Shown here piece after piece: positions 18,871 to 27,527 of a DNA stretch of 61,084 bases. Both the position numbers and the translations under genes were made by a program. Positions within the stretch are counted from its first letter, which is position 1, and each line of letters opens with the position of its first letter. The DNA is from a bacterium (lineage in GTDB: Bacteria; Patescibacteriota; Minisyncoccia; Minisyncoccales; PWPS01): NCBI GenBank assembly GCA_018400405.1, contig JAGYMX010000001.1, forward strand, positions 1 to 61,084, read 5' to 3'. The notes under the pieces were generated by a model. The model made no database searches, was not told where the DNA came from, and saw only the letters and a list, made by a program, of their open reading frames with translations.

Positions 18871-20112
18871 ATGAATTATCACATCATTACTTACGGTTGC
18901 CAGATGAACAGGAACGATAGTGAAAGAATTGCTGGTTTTTTAGAAAAAAATGGACTAAAAGAATCTTTAGAAAATAAAGCTGATATTATTTTTCTTAACG
19001 CTTGCAGTATCAGACAATCTGCAATAGATAGATTATATGGAAAGATAAAAAATTTAAAAAAAAGAAACAAGAAACCAATTATCGTACTCACTGGATGCCT
19101 CCTTGAGAAAGATAAGAAAAAACTATCTTCTCTTGTTGATTATGTTTTTACTTTGGAAAAGATTTTTTCTTGGAATCTCCCCTTCCTTAAAGAAGATAAA
19201 AAAAGAAAAACTTTTTACGAAATTACCCCAAAAAGAAAAAATGTTTTTGCACTTATTTCTATTATGTCCGGATGCAACAACTTCTGTTCTTACTGCGTTG
19301 TTCCATATACAAAAGGAAGAGAATTTTCTCGTCCAGCAAAAGATATTTTGCAAGAAGTTGAAGGTGCAGTAAAAAGTGGATTTAAGGAAGTGTGGCTTTT
19401 GGGTCAAAATGTTAACTCTTATAGGGGGGAGATAAGCTTTCCTAAACTACTCCAAGAAGTAAATAAAATTCGCGGAGATTTTTGGATTAGATTTGCTACT
19501 TCACATCCAAAAGATTTTTCAAACGATCTTATAAACACAATAAAGAAATGTAAAAAAATTACTAACTACCTTCACCTTCCTCTCCAATCCGGAGATAATG
19601 AGATTTTAGCGAGGATGAATCGCCCTTATACAAGAGAAAAATATTTAAAAATTATAGAAGACGTAAGAGACGCTGTTCCAAAAATTTCTATTTCTACAGA
19701 TATTATTGTTGGCTTCCCTGGAGAAACAGAAAAAAATTTTCGGAATACTGTAGACATTTTCAATAAAGTACGTTTTGATATGATGTATATTGCTCGTTAC
19801 TCGCCTCGTGTGCAAACAGCGGCCTTTAAAATGAAAGAAACTGTTTCTCCCGATGAGAAAAGAAGAAGAGAAAAAATACTTGAAGAACTTTTAAAAGAAA
19901 GCAACTATAAAAAAAATAAAAAATTTTTAGGAAAAGAATTAAAAGTTTTTGTTTTAAAAGAAAGTAGAAAGAAAGGTATGATTCTTGGAAAAACGGAAGG
20001 GTATAAAAATGTAATTTTCCGCGGATCAAAAAAAACACTTGGTAATTTTGTAAAATTAAAAATACACGGATACTCTCCATGGGGATTAAAGGGAAAAATA
20101 AACCGAAAATAA
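18871..20112 (+). CDS. miaB: tRNA methylthiotransferase MiaB (likely ATG 18871)
   Basis: TYGCQMN, NACSIR, GCNNFCSYCVVP (radical SAM), TRAM-like C-terminus; adjacent to miaA. Confidence 0.93.
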   Translation: MNYHIITYGCQMNRNDSERIAGFLEKNGLKESLENKADIIFLNACSIRQSAIDRLYGKIKNLKKRNKKPIIVLTGCLLEKDKKKLSSLVDYVFTLEKIFSWNLPFLKEDKKRKTFYEITPKRKNVFALISIMSGCNNFCSYCVVPYTKGREFSRPAKDILQEVEGAVKSGFKEVWLLGQNVNSYRGEISFPKLLQEVNKIRGDFWIRFATSHPKDFSNDLINTIKKCKKITNYLHLPLQSGDNEILARMNRPYTREKYLKIIEDVRDAVPKISISTDIIVGFPGETEKNFRNTVDIFNKVRFDMMYIARYSPRVQTAAFKMKETVSPDEKRRREKILEELLKESNYKKNKKFLGKELKVFVLKESRKKGMILGKTEGYKNVIFRGSKKTLGNFVKLKIHGYSPWGLKGKINRK

Positions 20113-20984
20113 TTGTTCTTCTTGGACCTACGGCTTCCGGAAAAAGTAATCTTGCCGTCTCTCTTGCTTTGAAATTTTTTGGGGAAGTTGTATCTGCAGA
20201 TTCAAGACAGGTTTATCGTGGAATGGATATCGGTACAGGAAAGATAACAAAAAAAGAAAAGAAAGGGGTTCCTCATTATCTTCTTAATGTTGCTAGTCCA
20301 AAAAGAAGATTTACTGCTTTTCGCTATAAAAAAGAGGCAGAGAAAGCAATAAAAAAAATAATAAAAAGGGGGAAGATTCCTATTGTTTGCGGAGGAACTG
20401 CTTTTTACATAAAAATACTCACAGAAGGATCTTTTTTCCCAGATATTTCACCTGACTGGAGTTTTCGAAAGAAATTAGAGAAAAAAACAAAAGATGATCT
20501 TTTTGCAATAATAAAAAAGAAAGACCCACAAAGAGCAAAAAACATTGATAAAAATAATCGAAGAAGACTTGTAAGAGCAGTTGAAATTATAGAAAAAACA
20601 AAAAAAACTATCCCGAAAATAAAGAAAAAACCTCGTTTTTATCCTCTTTTTTTGGGAATAAAAAAAGACCGTGAAATACTAAACAAAAGAATAGAACAAA
20701 GATTAAAAAAAAGACTTGAAGAAGGGATGGTTAAAGAAGTAAAAAAATTAAAAACTTCTGGTATTTCTTGGAAACGTCTTGAAAGTTTCGGGTTAGAGTA
20801 CAAATGGGTAGCGCTTTATCTCCAAAAAAAAATCAATTATGAAGATATGAAAAAGAAACTTTTTTTTGATATAAAAAAATTTAGCAAGAAACAACTTGTT
20901 TGGTGGAAACACGATAAAAGAATAAAGTGGATAAAAACAAAAAAGGAAGCAGAGCTTCTTGTAAAAAATTTCCTCAACACTTAA
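20079..20984 (+). CDS. miaA: tRNA dimethylallyltransferase
   Basis: GPTASGKS, SADSRQVYRGMDIGTGK, CGGT.FY. Confidence 0.97.
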   Translation: MGIKGKNKPKIIVLLGPTASGKSNLAVSLALKFFGEVVSADSRQVYRGMDIGTGKITKKEKKGVPHYLLNVASPKRRFTAFRYKKEAEKAIKKIIKRGKIPIVCGGTAFYIKILTEGSFFPDISPDWSFRKKLEKKTKDDLFAIIKKKDPQRAKNIDKNNRRRLVRAVEIIEKTKKTIPKIKKKPRFYPLFLGIKKDREILNKRIEQRLKKRLEEGMVKEVKKLKTSGISWKRLESFGLEYKWVALYLQKKINYEDMKKKLFFDIKKFSKKQLVWWKHDKRIKWIKTKKEAELLVKNFLNT

Positions 20985-21000
20985 TTTAGAATTTTCAATT

Positions 21001-22470
21001 TTAGCGAAGCTTTTCTTTAAATATCTTATTTAGCTCCTTAGGGTTTGCTCTCCCTTTTGTTTTCGCCATTACTTGCCCAATCAAAAACTGAAGAGCCCCC
21101 TTCTTCCCACTTTTATAGTCATTTACTGCATCTCGATTCTTTTCAATAACATCTAAAGTGGCTCTTTCCAGCTCCCCTTTATCACTTACCTGTGAAAGAT
21201 CTTCTTCTTTAATAATTTTTTTCGGGTCTTCACCGTTTTCAAACATTTTTCTTAGAACAGTTTTTGCTATTTTACTGGAAATTTCTTTTTTAAAAAGAAG
21301 AAAAACAAAATCTGCATAACTTTCTGAAGAAACAAGACACTCTTTTATGGTTCTTCTGCCAAGCATCCCTAAAAGATCAGAAAGAAGATAGTTTTTAACA
21401 GTATCCACTACATCCTTTTTCTCACTCGTAGAAAGTTCATCTCGCCACTCTTCTTTTTTTATCTTTTCAAATGATTTTAAAACACTTTCTTCAAAATAAT
21501 CAGCAACATCCTTGTTGTTAACAAAGAAATTTATCTCTTTTTCTTCTTTTAATCCGTAATCTTTTTTAAAACGCTCTCTTTTTTTTTGAGGAAGCTCAAC
21601 GGTAAATTTTATCTTTTCTTTTTCAAATGGTTTTTCGTTAAGATAAAGGGGCGGAAGATCCGGTTCCGGCAAATAACGGTAATCTTGTACATTTTCTTTT
21701 TCTCTTTGACTAAAGGTTTCCTCTTTTTTATCATCCCACCCCCTTGTTTCTTGAACAACTCTCTGTCCTTTTTCTAAAATTTTTCCCTGTCTTTTAATCT
21801 CATATTCCGCGGCATAGTAAACAGCACGAAAAGAGTTTAAGTTTTTTATTTCAACACGCGTCCCCTTTCTTCCTTCCATATGAGACATAGAAATATTTAC
21901 TTCTACTCTCATCTGTCCTTGATCCATGTTTGCGTCAGAAACTCCAAGATAACGGAGTATAATCCTTAGCTCTTCCGCAAACCCGCGTGCCTCTTCTGCG
22001 GAACGGATATCTGGTTCTGTAACAAGTTCCATTAGAGGAACTCCTGCACGATTAAAATCAACCAAAGAGTATCCCTTCTTCTCATCATGAATTAATCTCC
22101 CAGTGTCTTCTTCTAAGTGAATTCTATTAATACGTATCTTTCTTCCTCCAATCTCTAAAAATCCATTAAAACAAAGAGGTCTTCTATCTTGAGATATCTG
22201 ATATCCTTTTGGAAGATCAGGGTAGAAGTAATTTTTCCTGTCAAACCGAGAAACGTCCCGAAGCTCACATCCAAGAGCCATTCCTGTTTGAAGAACTTTT
22301 TTTACAGCCTCTTTGTTAATCACAGGAAGTGTTCCAGGGTGGCCCAGGCAAACGGGACAAACATAAATATTTGGTTCTCGTACTTCCGGATTATTCACAC
22401 AAGAACAAAACATTTTTGATTTTGTCTTCAGTTGTGCATGAATCTCTAATCCAATAACCGGTTTATACAT
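21001..22470 (-). CDS. gatB: Asp/Glu-tRNA amidotransferase subunit B (likely ATG 22470)
   Basis: VIGLEIHAQL, RKNYFYPDLPKGYQISQ, DFNRAGVPLMELVTEP. Confidence 0.97.
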   Translation of the reverse strand: MYKPVIGLEIHAQLKTKSKMFCSCVNNPEVREPNIYVCPVCLGHPGTLPVINKEAVKKVLQTGMALGCELRDVSRFDRKNYFYPDLPKGYQISQDRRPLCFNGFLEIGGRKIRINRIHLEEDTGRLIHDEKKGYSLVDFNRAGVPLMELVTEPDIRSAEEARGFAEELRIILRYLGVSDANMDQGQMRVEVNISMSHMEGRKGTRVEIKNLNSFRAVYYAAEYEIKRQGKILEKGQRVVQETRGWDDKKEETFSQREKENVQDYRYLPEPDLPPLYLNEKPFEKEKIKFTVELPQKKRERFKKDYGLKEEKEINFFVNNKDVADYFEESVLKSFEKIKKEEWRDELSTSEKKDVVDTVKNYLLSDLLGMLGRRTIKECLVSSESYADFVFLLFKKEISSKIAKTVLRKMFENGEDPKKIIKEEDLSQVSDKGELERATLDVIEKNRDAVNDYKSGKKGALQFLIGQVMAKTKGRANPKELNKIFKEKLR

Positions 22471-22474
22471 AGAA

Positions 22475-23140
22475 TTACAAGTTAGCAATATTTTTTTCCT
22501 CTTCTGCTATTTTTACTCCTGAGCTTGTCCCAATAATATCGGCACCCGCCTCTTCCATGTACTTTGCTTGCGTATAATTTCTAATATTTCCAGAAGCTTT
22601 TACAAGAAGCCCTGGGGCAGACTCACGCATAAGTCGCAAATGGTATGCTTTTTCTTCTACTTCTCTTTCTTCTAAAGGATCTTTTTCCGTTGCTGTTTTT
22701 ACACAAATAGCCCCTGCTTTTTTTACAAGCTCCGATGCTTTTCTTATCTCCTTATCTGTTAAATATCCTGAACCAATAATAACTTTTGTGTCAAGTAGAG
22801 CACATATTGGACGAAGGTCGTCAAGTATTTTTTCGTAATATTCATATTTCAAATCAATAATGTTCATCACAATATCTAATTCGTTTGCTCCCCCCTTTTT
22901 TGCTTTTTCGCAGATACTAATTCTTTCTTCATGCGAAGAAAGGCCCATTGGAGGATCAATAAGAACAACAACCTTTACCTCGCTTCCTTGAAGTTCCTCT
23001 GCACAAAAATCTACCCACTCAGGATTAACACAAACTCCGTGAAAGCCATACTCTTTTGCTTCATCACAAAGTTTTTTAATATCTTCTTTTGTTGCATCTT
23101 TATTAATGTTTGTATGATCAATTTTTTTTGTAATACTCAT
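22475..23140 (-). CDS. deoC: Deoxyribose-phosphate aldolase (divergent)
   Basis: IDHT, VCVNP, ELDIVMN, KVII, VKT, VKASG, IGTSSG motifs in DeoC order. Confidence 0.85.
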   Translation of the reverse strand: MSITKKIDHTNINKDATKEDIKKLCDEAKEYGFHGVCVNPEWVDFCAEELQGSEVKVVVLIDPPMGLSSHEERISICEKAKKGGANELDIVMNIIDLKYEYYEKILDDLRPICALLDTKVIIGSGYLTDKEIRKASELVKKAGAICVKTATEKDPLEEREVEEKAYHLRLMRESAPGLLVKASGNIRNYTQAKYMEEAGADIIGTSSGVKIAEEEKNIANL

Positions 23141-23229
23141 TTTTTAGAAGAAAAATTAAAAATTATTTATTTTTCTTAAGTTAAAACTAATAAATTAACA
23201 ACTTATAGTAACATAAATAACCCTTCCTT

Positions 23230-23694
23230 TCAACGGGCTTTTTCCCATGTTTGGAAAAAAAGTAATGGATTTTTGCCCTTTTTTTCGTTTTTTATCCGCC
23301 ACTCTTTTTTATTAAATTTTGGAAAGTAAACATCTCCCTTAAAATTTTTTTTAATACGCGTAAGATACATCCTCTCTGATCTTCCGATAAACTGCTTGTA
23401 AACAGACCTCCCACCGGCAATAAAAACCTCCCCTTCTGTTTTTGAAAAAACCTCCTCTACTGATCCAGCAACAAAGACATTTTTGGGAAAATTTTCTTTT
23501 TCATGAGAAAGAACAATAATCTTTCTTCCAGAAAATTTTTTAGGAAGAGAACGGTAAGTTTTTTCTCCAAAAACAACATATTTTCCCATTGTCTTCTCTT
23601 TAAAAAATTGCAGATCTTCGGAAAAATACCACGGCAAGATCTCTCCCTGTCCAATAAGCCAATTTTTATCAACAGCAGCGATTATAGATATCAT
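23230..23694 (-). CDS. folA: Dihydrofolate reductase
   Basis: ISIIAAV...IG...LPW...DL.FFK.KT.G, FIAGG, GDVYFP. Confidence 0.93.
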   Translation of the reverse strand: MISIIAAVDKNWLIGQGEILPWYFSEDLQFFKEKTMGKYVVFGEKTYRSLPKKFSGRKIIVLSHEKENFPKNVFVAGSVEEVFSKTEGEVFIAGGRSVYKQFIGRSERMYLTRIKKNFKGDVYFPKFNKKEWRIKNEKKGKNPLLFFQTWEKAR

Positions 23695-24512
23695 ACAGCC
23701 ATTTTTGCTTTTATCGGTGGATGGTGGTGATAATTTTCAAGCTCTATATCTTCCATCTTAAAATCTTCTATATCTTTTATCTCTCTGTTTAGCCCTAAAG
23801 AAGGCAAAGAGTAAGGTTTTCTTTGAAGCTGTTCTTTTACCTGTTTAAAGTGATTTTTATAAATATGTGCATCTCCCAGTGTGTGAATAAACTCTCCCGG
23901 TTCCATTTCTGTAACCTGCGCTACCATATGCAAAAGAAGTGAGTAAGAGGCAATATTAAAGGGAACTCCTAAAAACATATCACAACTTCTCTGGTACATC
24001 TGTAAAGAAAGTTTTCCTTTGGAGACAAAAAACTGATAAAAAATATGACACGGAGGAAGGGCCATTTTTTCTATTTCTCCAGGATTCCATGCAGTCACTA
24101 TATGTCTTCTTCCGTAAGGGTTTTCTTTTATTCCTTTAATTGTTTTCTTTAACTGGTCAACAAAACCTCCTTCCGGCTTTTTCCAGTCCCTCCACTGTAC
24201 TCCGTAAATTCTTCCTGCATCACCCTCAAACTCTTGTTTTTCTTTCCAGTACTCAGCATTTACGTTATCATCCCATATATGACACCCCATACCGTGAAGT
24301 TCTTTAATGTCTCGACTTCCTTTGATAAACCACAAAAGTTCTGCTTTCACAGAGTGGAAAAAAAGTTTTTTTGTTGTCACTGCCGGGAAACCATCTCTCA
24401 TATTATAACGTGTTTGTATACCAAAATAAGCCCTCGTTCCAACCCCCGTTCTGTCTTTTCGTTCATCCCCTTCTTTATAAACTTTTTCTAAAATTTGGAG
24501 ATATTTTTCCAT
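23691..24512 (-). CDS. thyA: Thymidylate synthase
   Basis: DRTGVGT, MALPPCH, YQRSCDMFLGVPFNIASY, GDAHIY.NH. Confidence 0.98.
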   Translation of the reverse strand: MEKYLQILEKVYKEGDERKDRTGVGTRAYFGIQTRYNMRDGFPAVTTKKLFFHSVKAELLWFIKGSRDIKELHGMGCHIWDDNVNAEYWKEKQEFEGDAGRIYGVQWRDWKKPEGGFVDQLKKTIKGIKENPYGRRHIVTAWNPGEIEKMALPPCHIFYQFFVSKGKLSLQMYQRSCDMFLGVPFNIASYSLLLHMVAQVTEMEPGEFIHTLGDAHIYKNHFKQVKEQLQRKPYSLPSLGLNREIKDIEDFKMEDIELENYHHHPPIKAKMAV

Positions 24513-24514
24513 TT

Positions 24515-25114
24515 TTATAAAATTTTTAAAGTTTTCTTTTTAATTTCTTCTGCTACTTCTTTAATACTTCTTTCCCCTTTAATTATCTGGAAAACATCGT
24601 ATTCTTTTGCTAGTCGCATATAACTTTCTTCAATTATCTTTAACTTTTTCTCTTTCTCAAAAAGCTCAAAACTAAATCTACTTTCTGTAATACGCTTAAT
24701 GCACTTTCGAGGAGAAACTTTTAAATAATAAACAACATCTGGAAGAAGAAACCTCTTGTTTATTTCCTTCAACCAATTCCAATCAGGTATCTCTAAAGAA
24801 CCAAAGGCAATTGTAGAAAAAAGATAACGATCACACACAACATTTATTCCTTTTTTAAGGTAAGGTGATACTTCTTTTTTTATGTGATGTGCTCTATCAG
24901 CAGAAAAAAGAAGTTGTAAACACTCGGGAGTGCTTTCCCAGTCACCCTGGAGCTGTCCTCTAATAAGCCCTCCTATAAGGTTGTTTGTTGGTTCTTTTGT
25001 GAGGTGTGTTTTTATTTTTCTTCTTTTCAAAAACTTTACAAGTATCTCCGCTTGTGTAGATTGCCCAGAACCATCAAGTCCTTCAAAAACAATAAACTTT
25101 CCTCTTTTTTGCAT
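24515..25114 (-). CDS. tmk: Thymidylate kinase
   Basis: FIVFEGLDGSGQSTQ, TKEP, LFSADRAHH, VVCDRY. Confidence 0.95.
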   Translation of the reverse strand: MQKRGKFIVFEGLDGSGQSTQAEILVKFLKRRKIKTHLTKEPTNNLIGGLIRGQLQGDWESTPECLQLLFSADRAHHIKKEVSPYLKKGINVVCDRYLFSTIAFGSLEIPDWNWLKEINKRFLLPDVVYYLKVSPRKCIKRITESRFSFELFEKEKKLKIIEESYMRLAKEYDVFQIIKGERSIKEVAEEIKKKTLKIL

Positions 25115-25662
25115 TATATTTTTTTTATTAAATCTATTATTCTTTTTTCTACTTCTTCTCTTGTTCCTTCATTTTTTATTATAACATCAGAGATCCTCCC
25201 TAATTTTTTTATCTGTATTTCTGATTTTTGAGAATCCATCTCTAAAAATTTTGCAAAAGAGACACTGTCATCTTCTTTTTCTTTTCTGTTTTTTACTCTT
25301 TTCCATCTTTTTTTTGCGCTTGCCGTGATATAAATAATTTTTCCTCCTCTTCTTTTTATAAAATCAAACTCTTCTTTTACTCTTATACCGTTAACAATAA
25401 CTATCTCTGCATCTTCTTCTACGTCCAATTTTCTTTCCAACGCTCTTAAAAGAATATCTTCTCCAAAATGTTCCCGGAGTGTACTTGCCAACCACTGCTG
25501 ATCTTCTTTTTTTATATTTTTAAAAAAAAGACCCAGTATATTACTCAGGGTCTCCGAAAAACGTAAAGATGCTGTATGAGAAAAGTTTTCTTTTGCGATT
25601 CGGCAAAATGTATCTTTTCCAGATCCTGTTTCGCCGACAAGTCCAATTATCTTTTTCTTCAT
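25114..25662 (-). CDS. P-loop nucleotide kinase (dephospho-CoA kinase/dNMP kinase-like)
   Basis: IIGLVGETGSGKDT, VNGIR..E, R..R...R lid. Confidence 0.8.
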   Translation of the reverse strand: MKKKIIGLVGETGSGKDTFCRIAKENFSHTASLRFSETLSNILGLFFKNIKKEDQQWLASTLREHFGEDILLRALERKLDVEEDAEIVIVNGIRVKEEFDFIKRRGGKIIYITASAKKRWKRVKNRKEKEDDSVSFAKFLEMDSQKSEIQIKKLGRISDVIIKNEGTREEVEKRIIDLIKKI

Positions 25663-25752
25663 TTCTCTTTTCTTAAAAAATCTTAATCAGTTCTTAAGCT
25701 AACTTTATAAAAAAATATTATTTTCTTTTTGTTTTTTAACTCTTACATCGCT

Positions 25753-26226
25753 TTACTCCAAAAAGTTTATTTTCGATTCTGGTTTTTCTAATACCTTAAA
25801 AGAAATCCCTGCACTTTTGAAAAGTTCAACAAAAGAATCTTCAGAGTAACGGTTAAAACTAATAAAACTTTTTATTTTCGCGTTTACGAGCATTTTTGCA
25901 CATAAAATGCACGGTGTGTGCGTACAGTAAACGATAGAATTCTCAAGAGAAACTCCATGTAAAGAACTCTGTATAATTACATTTTGTTCCGCGTGGATCG
26001 CTCGACATATCTCGTGCATTTTTCCAGAAGGAATATTGTTTTCATCTCTTAAGCAACCCAGCTCCAAACAGTCCTTCATCTTTGCCGGAGCTCCGTTATA
26101 CCCAGTAGCAAGTATTCTTTTATCACGAACAGCGACTGCACCCACCTTTCTTCTTCTGCAAGTTGAACGTTCTGCAACAACAGCAGCAATTTTTAAAAAA
26201 TAATCATCAACGGAAATTCTTTCCAT
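25753..26226 (-). CDS. dCMP deaminase (ComEB-like)
   Basis: RSTC.RR.VGAV, TGYNG, HAEQN and PCILC zinc motifs. Confidence 0.95.
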   Translation of the reverse strand: MERISVDDYFLKIAAVVAERSTCRRRKVGAVAVRDKRILATGYNGAPAKMKDCLELGCLRDENNIPSGKMHEICRAIHAEQNVIIQSSLHGVSLENSIVYCTHTPCILCAKMLVNAKIKSFISFNRYSEDSFVELFKSAGISFKVLEKPESKINFLE

Positions 26227-26227
26227 C

Positions 26228-26653
26228 TTACTCTTTTAATCTAATCCCCATATTTTTTGCTGTTCCCATAATAATTCTTTCCGCAACTTCTATATCATTA
26301 GTATTTAAATCAGGCATCTTTTTTTCTGCAACTCTTCTTAACTGTTCTTTAGTAATTTCTGCTATTTTATTCTTTTTCGGATTTCCAGAACCTTTTTTTA
26401 GCCCCAACTCTTTTAGTAATAGTTCAGAGGCAGGAGATTCTTTTAATTTAAAATCATAACTTCCTCCCTCATAGATAGTTATTTCCACAGGTACTGTAGA
26501 TCCAGTCCTATCCTGCGTTTTATTATTAAAATCTGTACAAAACTGTCCCATATTAATCCCGTGTTGAGCAAGTGCCGGACCAACAGGAGGTGCGGGAGTT
26601 GCTTTCCCTCCCTCGATTTGTAACTTCACTACTGCTTTAATGTTTTTTGCCAT
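26228..26653 (-). CDS. rplK: 50S ribosomal protein L11
   Basis: GGKATPAPPVGPALAQHG.N, GTAKNMG. Confidence 0.98.
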   Translation of the reverse strand: MAKNIKAVVKLQIEGGKATPAPPVGPALAQHGINMGQFCTDFNNKTQDRTGSTVPVEITIYEGGSYDFKLKESPASELLLKELGLKKGSGNPKKNKIAEITKEQLRRVAEKKMPDLNTNDIEVAERIIMGTAKNMGIRLKE

Positions 26654-26693
26654 ATTTTTTTAAATTAATACTCTTCCAAATTTTTCTATTTTT

Positions 26694-27239
26694 CTACAAC
26701 TTTTTAATCTGTAAAGAATCAAGCTCTACTGATGTATCTCGCCCAAACATATTTACAAGAACCTTTACTTTTCCTTTTTCTTTGTCAACTTCAGAAACTT
26801 TTCCATCAAAGTCCTTAAACGGACCATCTGTTATTTTTACCATATCTCCCTCATCAACGTTTATTTTAAACTGAGGAACATCTTGTTTTACCCTTTTCAT
26901 AAGAACATCTACTTCTTCTTGAGTAAGAGGAACGGGTGTTACTCCCGCACCAACAAAACCGCTTACATTGGGAGTATTACGCACAACATACCACGACTCA
27001 TCGGTGACAATCATCTGCACAAGAACATATCCCGGATAAAGTTTTTCTTCTACCTCTCTTCTTTTCCCATCTCTAATTTTAATCTTTTTTTCCTTAGGAA
27101 CAATTACTTCAAAAATCTTATCTTCCATTTCAAAAGATTCTACTCTTTGTTTTAAGTTTTTTGCTACTGCTTCTTCGTATCCCGAGTAAGTATGAATAAC
27201 ATACCACCTCTTTTCTTGTGTTGCTTCTTGTCTTCCCAT
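26694..27239 (-). CDS. nusG: Transcription elongation factor NusG
   Basis: WYVIHTYSGYE, PGYVLV, VRNTPNVSGFVG, KOW domain. Confidence 0.98.
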   Translation of the reverse strand: MGRQEATQEKRWYVIHTYSGYEEAVAKNLKQRVESFEMEDKIFEVIVPKEKKIKIRDGKRREVEEKLYPGYVLVQMIVTDESWYVVRNTPNVSGFVGAGVTPVPLTQEEVDVLMKRVKQDVPQFKINVDEGDMVKITDGPFKDFDGKVSEVDKEKGKVKVLVNMFGRDTSVELDSLQIKKL

Positions 27240-27250
27240 TTTTTTAAAGT

Positions 27251-27433
27251 TTAAAAAACAAAATTATTCATTACGGTTGTAACTATATAATCAATCCCTC
27301 CAAGATAAGCAGCAACAAGCAACGAGGCAGCCACAACCATCAAAGAATAGCGCACAGTTTCTGTTCTTGTTGGCCAAGTTACTTTTTTTACTTCTTGTCG
27401 AACTTCTTTTAAAAATCGGTTTATTTTGTTCAT
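27251..27433 (-). CDS. secE: Preprotein translocase SecE
   Basis: E.KKVTWP.R.E plus one TM helix; upstream of nusG. Confidence 0.95.
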   Translation of the reverse strand: MNKINRFLKEVRQEVKKVTWPTRTETVRYSLMVVAASLLVAAYLGGIDYIVTTVMNNFVF

Positions 27434-27484
27434 ATTTCTTTAAAATGCTCTTTTAAAAGGATTTCAGAAAAATTTTACCTTGCA

Positions 27485-27513
27485 ATTATATGGGAAAAGG
27501 GCCTCTTTGTCAA
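27485..27513 (-). promoter_or_regulatory. Consensus sigma70 promoter of secE-nusG-rplK
   Basis: TTGACA-17nt-TATAAT exact match. Confidence 0.85.
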
Positions 27514-27527
27514 TTTTACTCTTTTTT

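Noticed and set aside
12194..20984. Plus-strand block as a possible island or mobile inversion
   Set aside because: Contains core genes with similar composition; no terminal repeats or recombinase seen.
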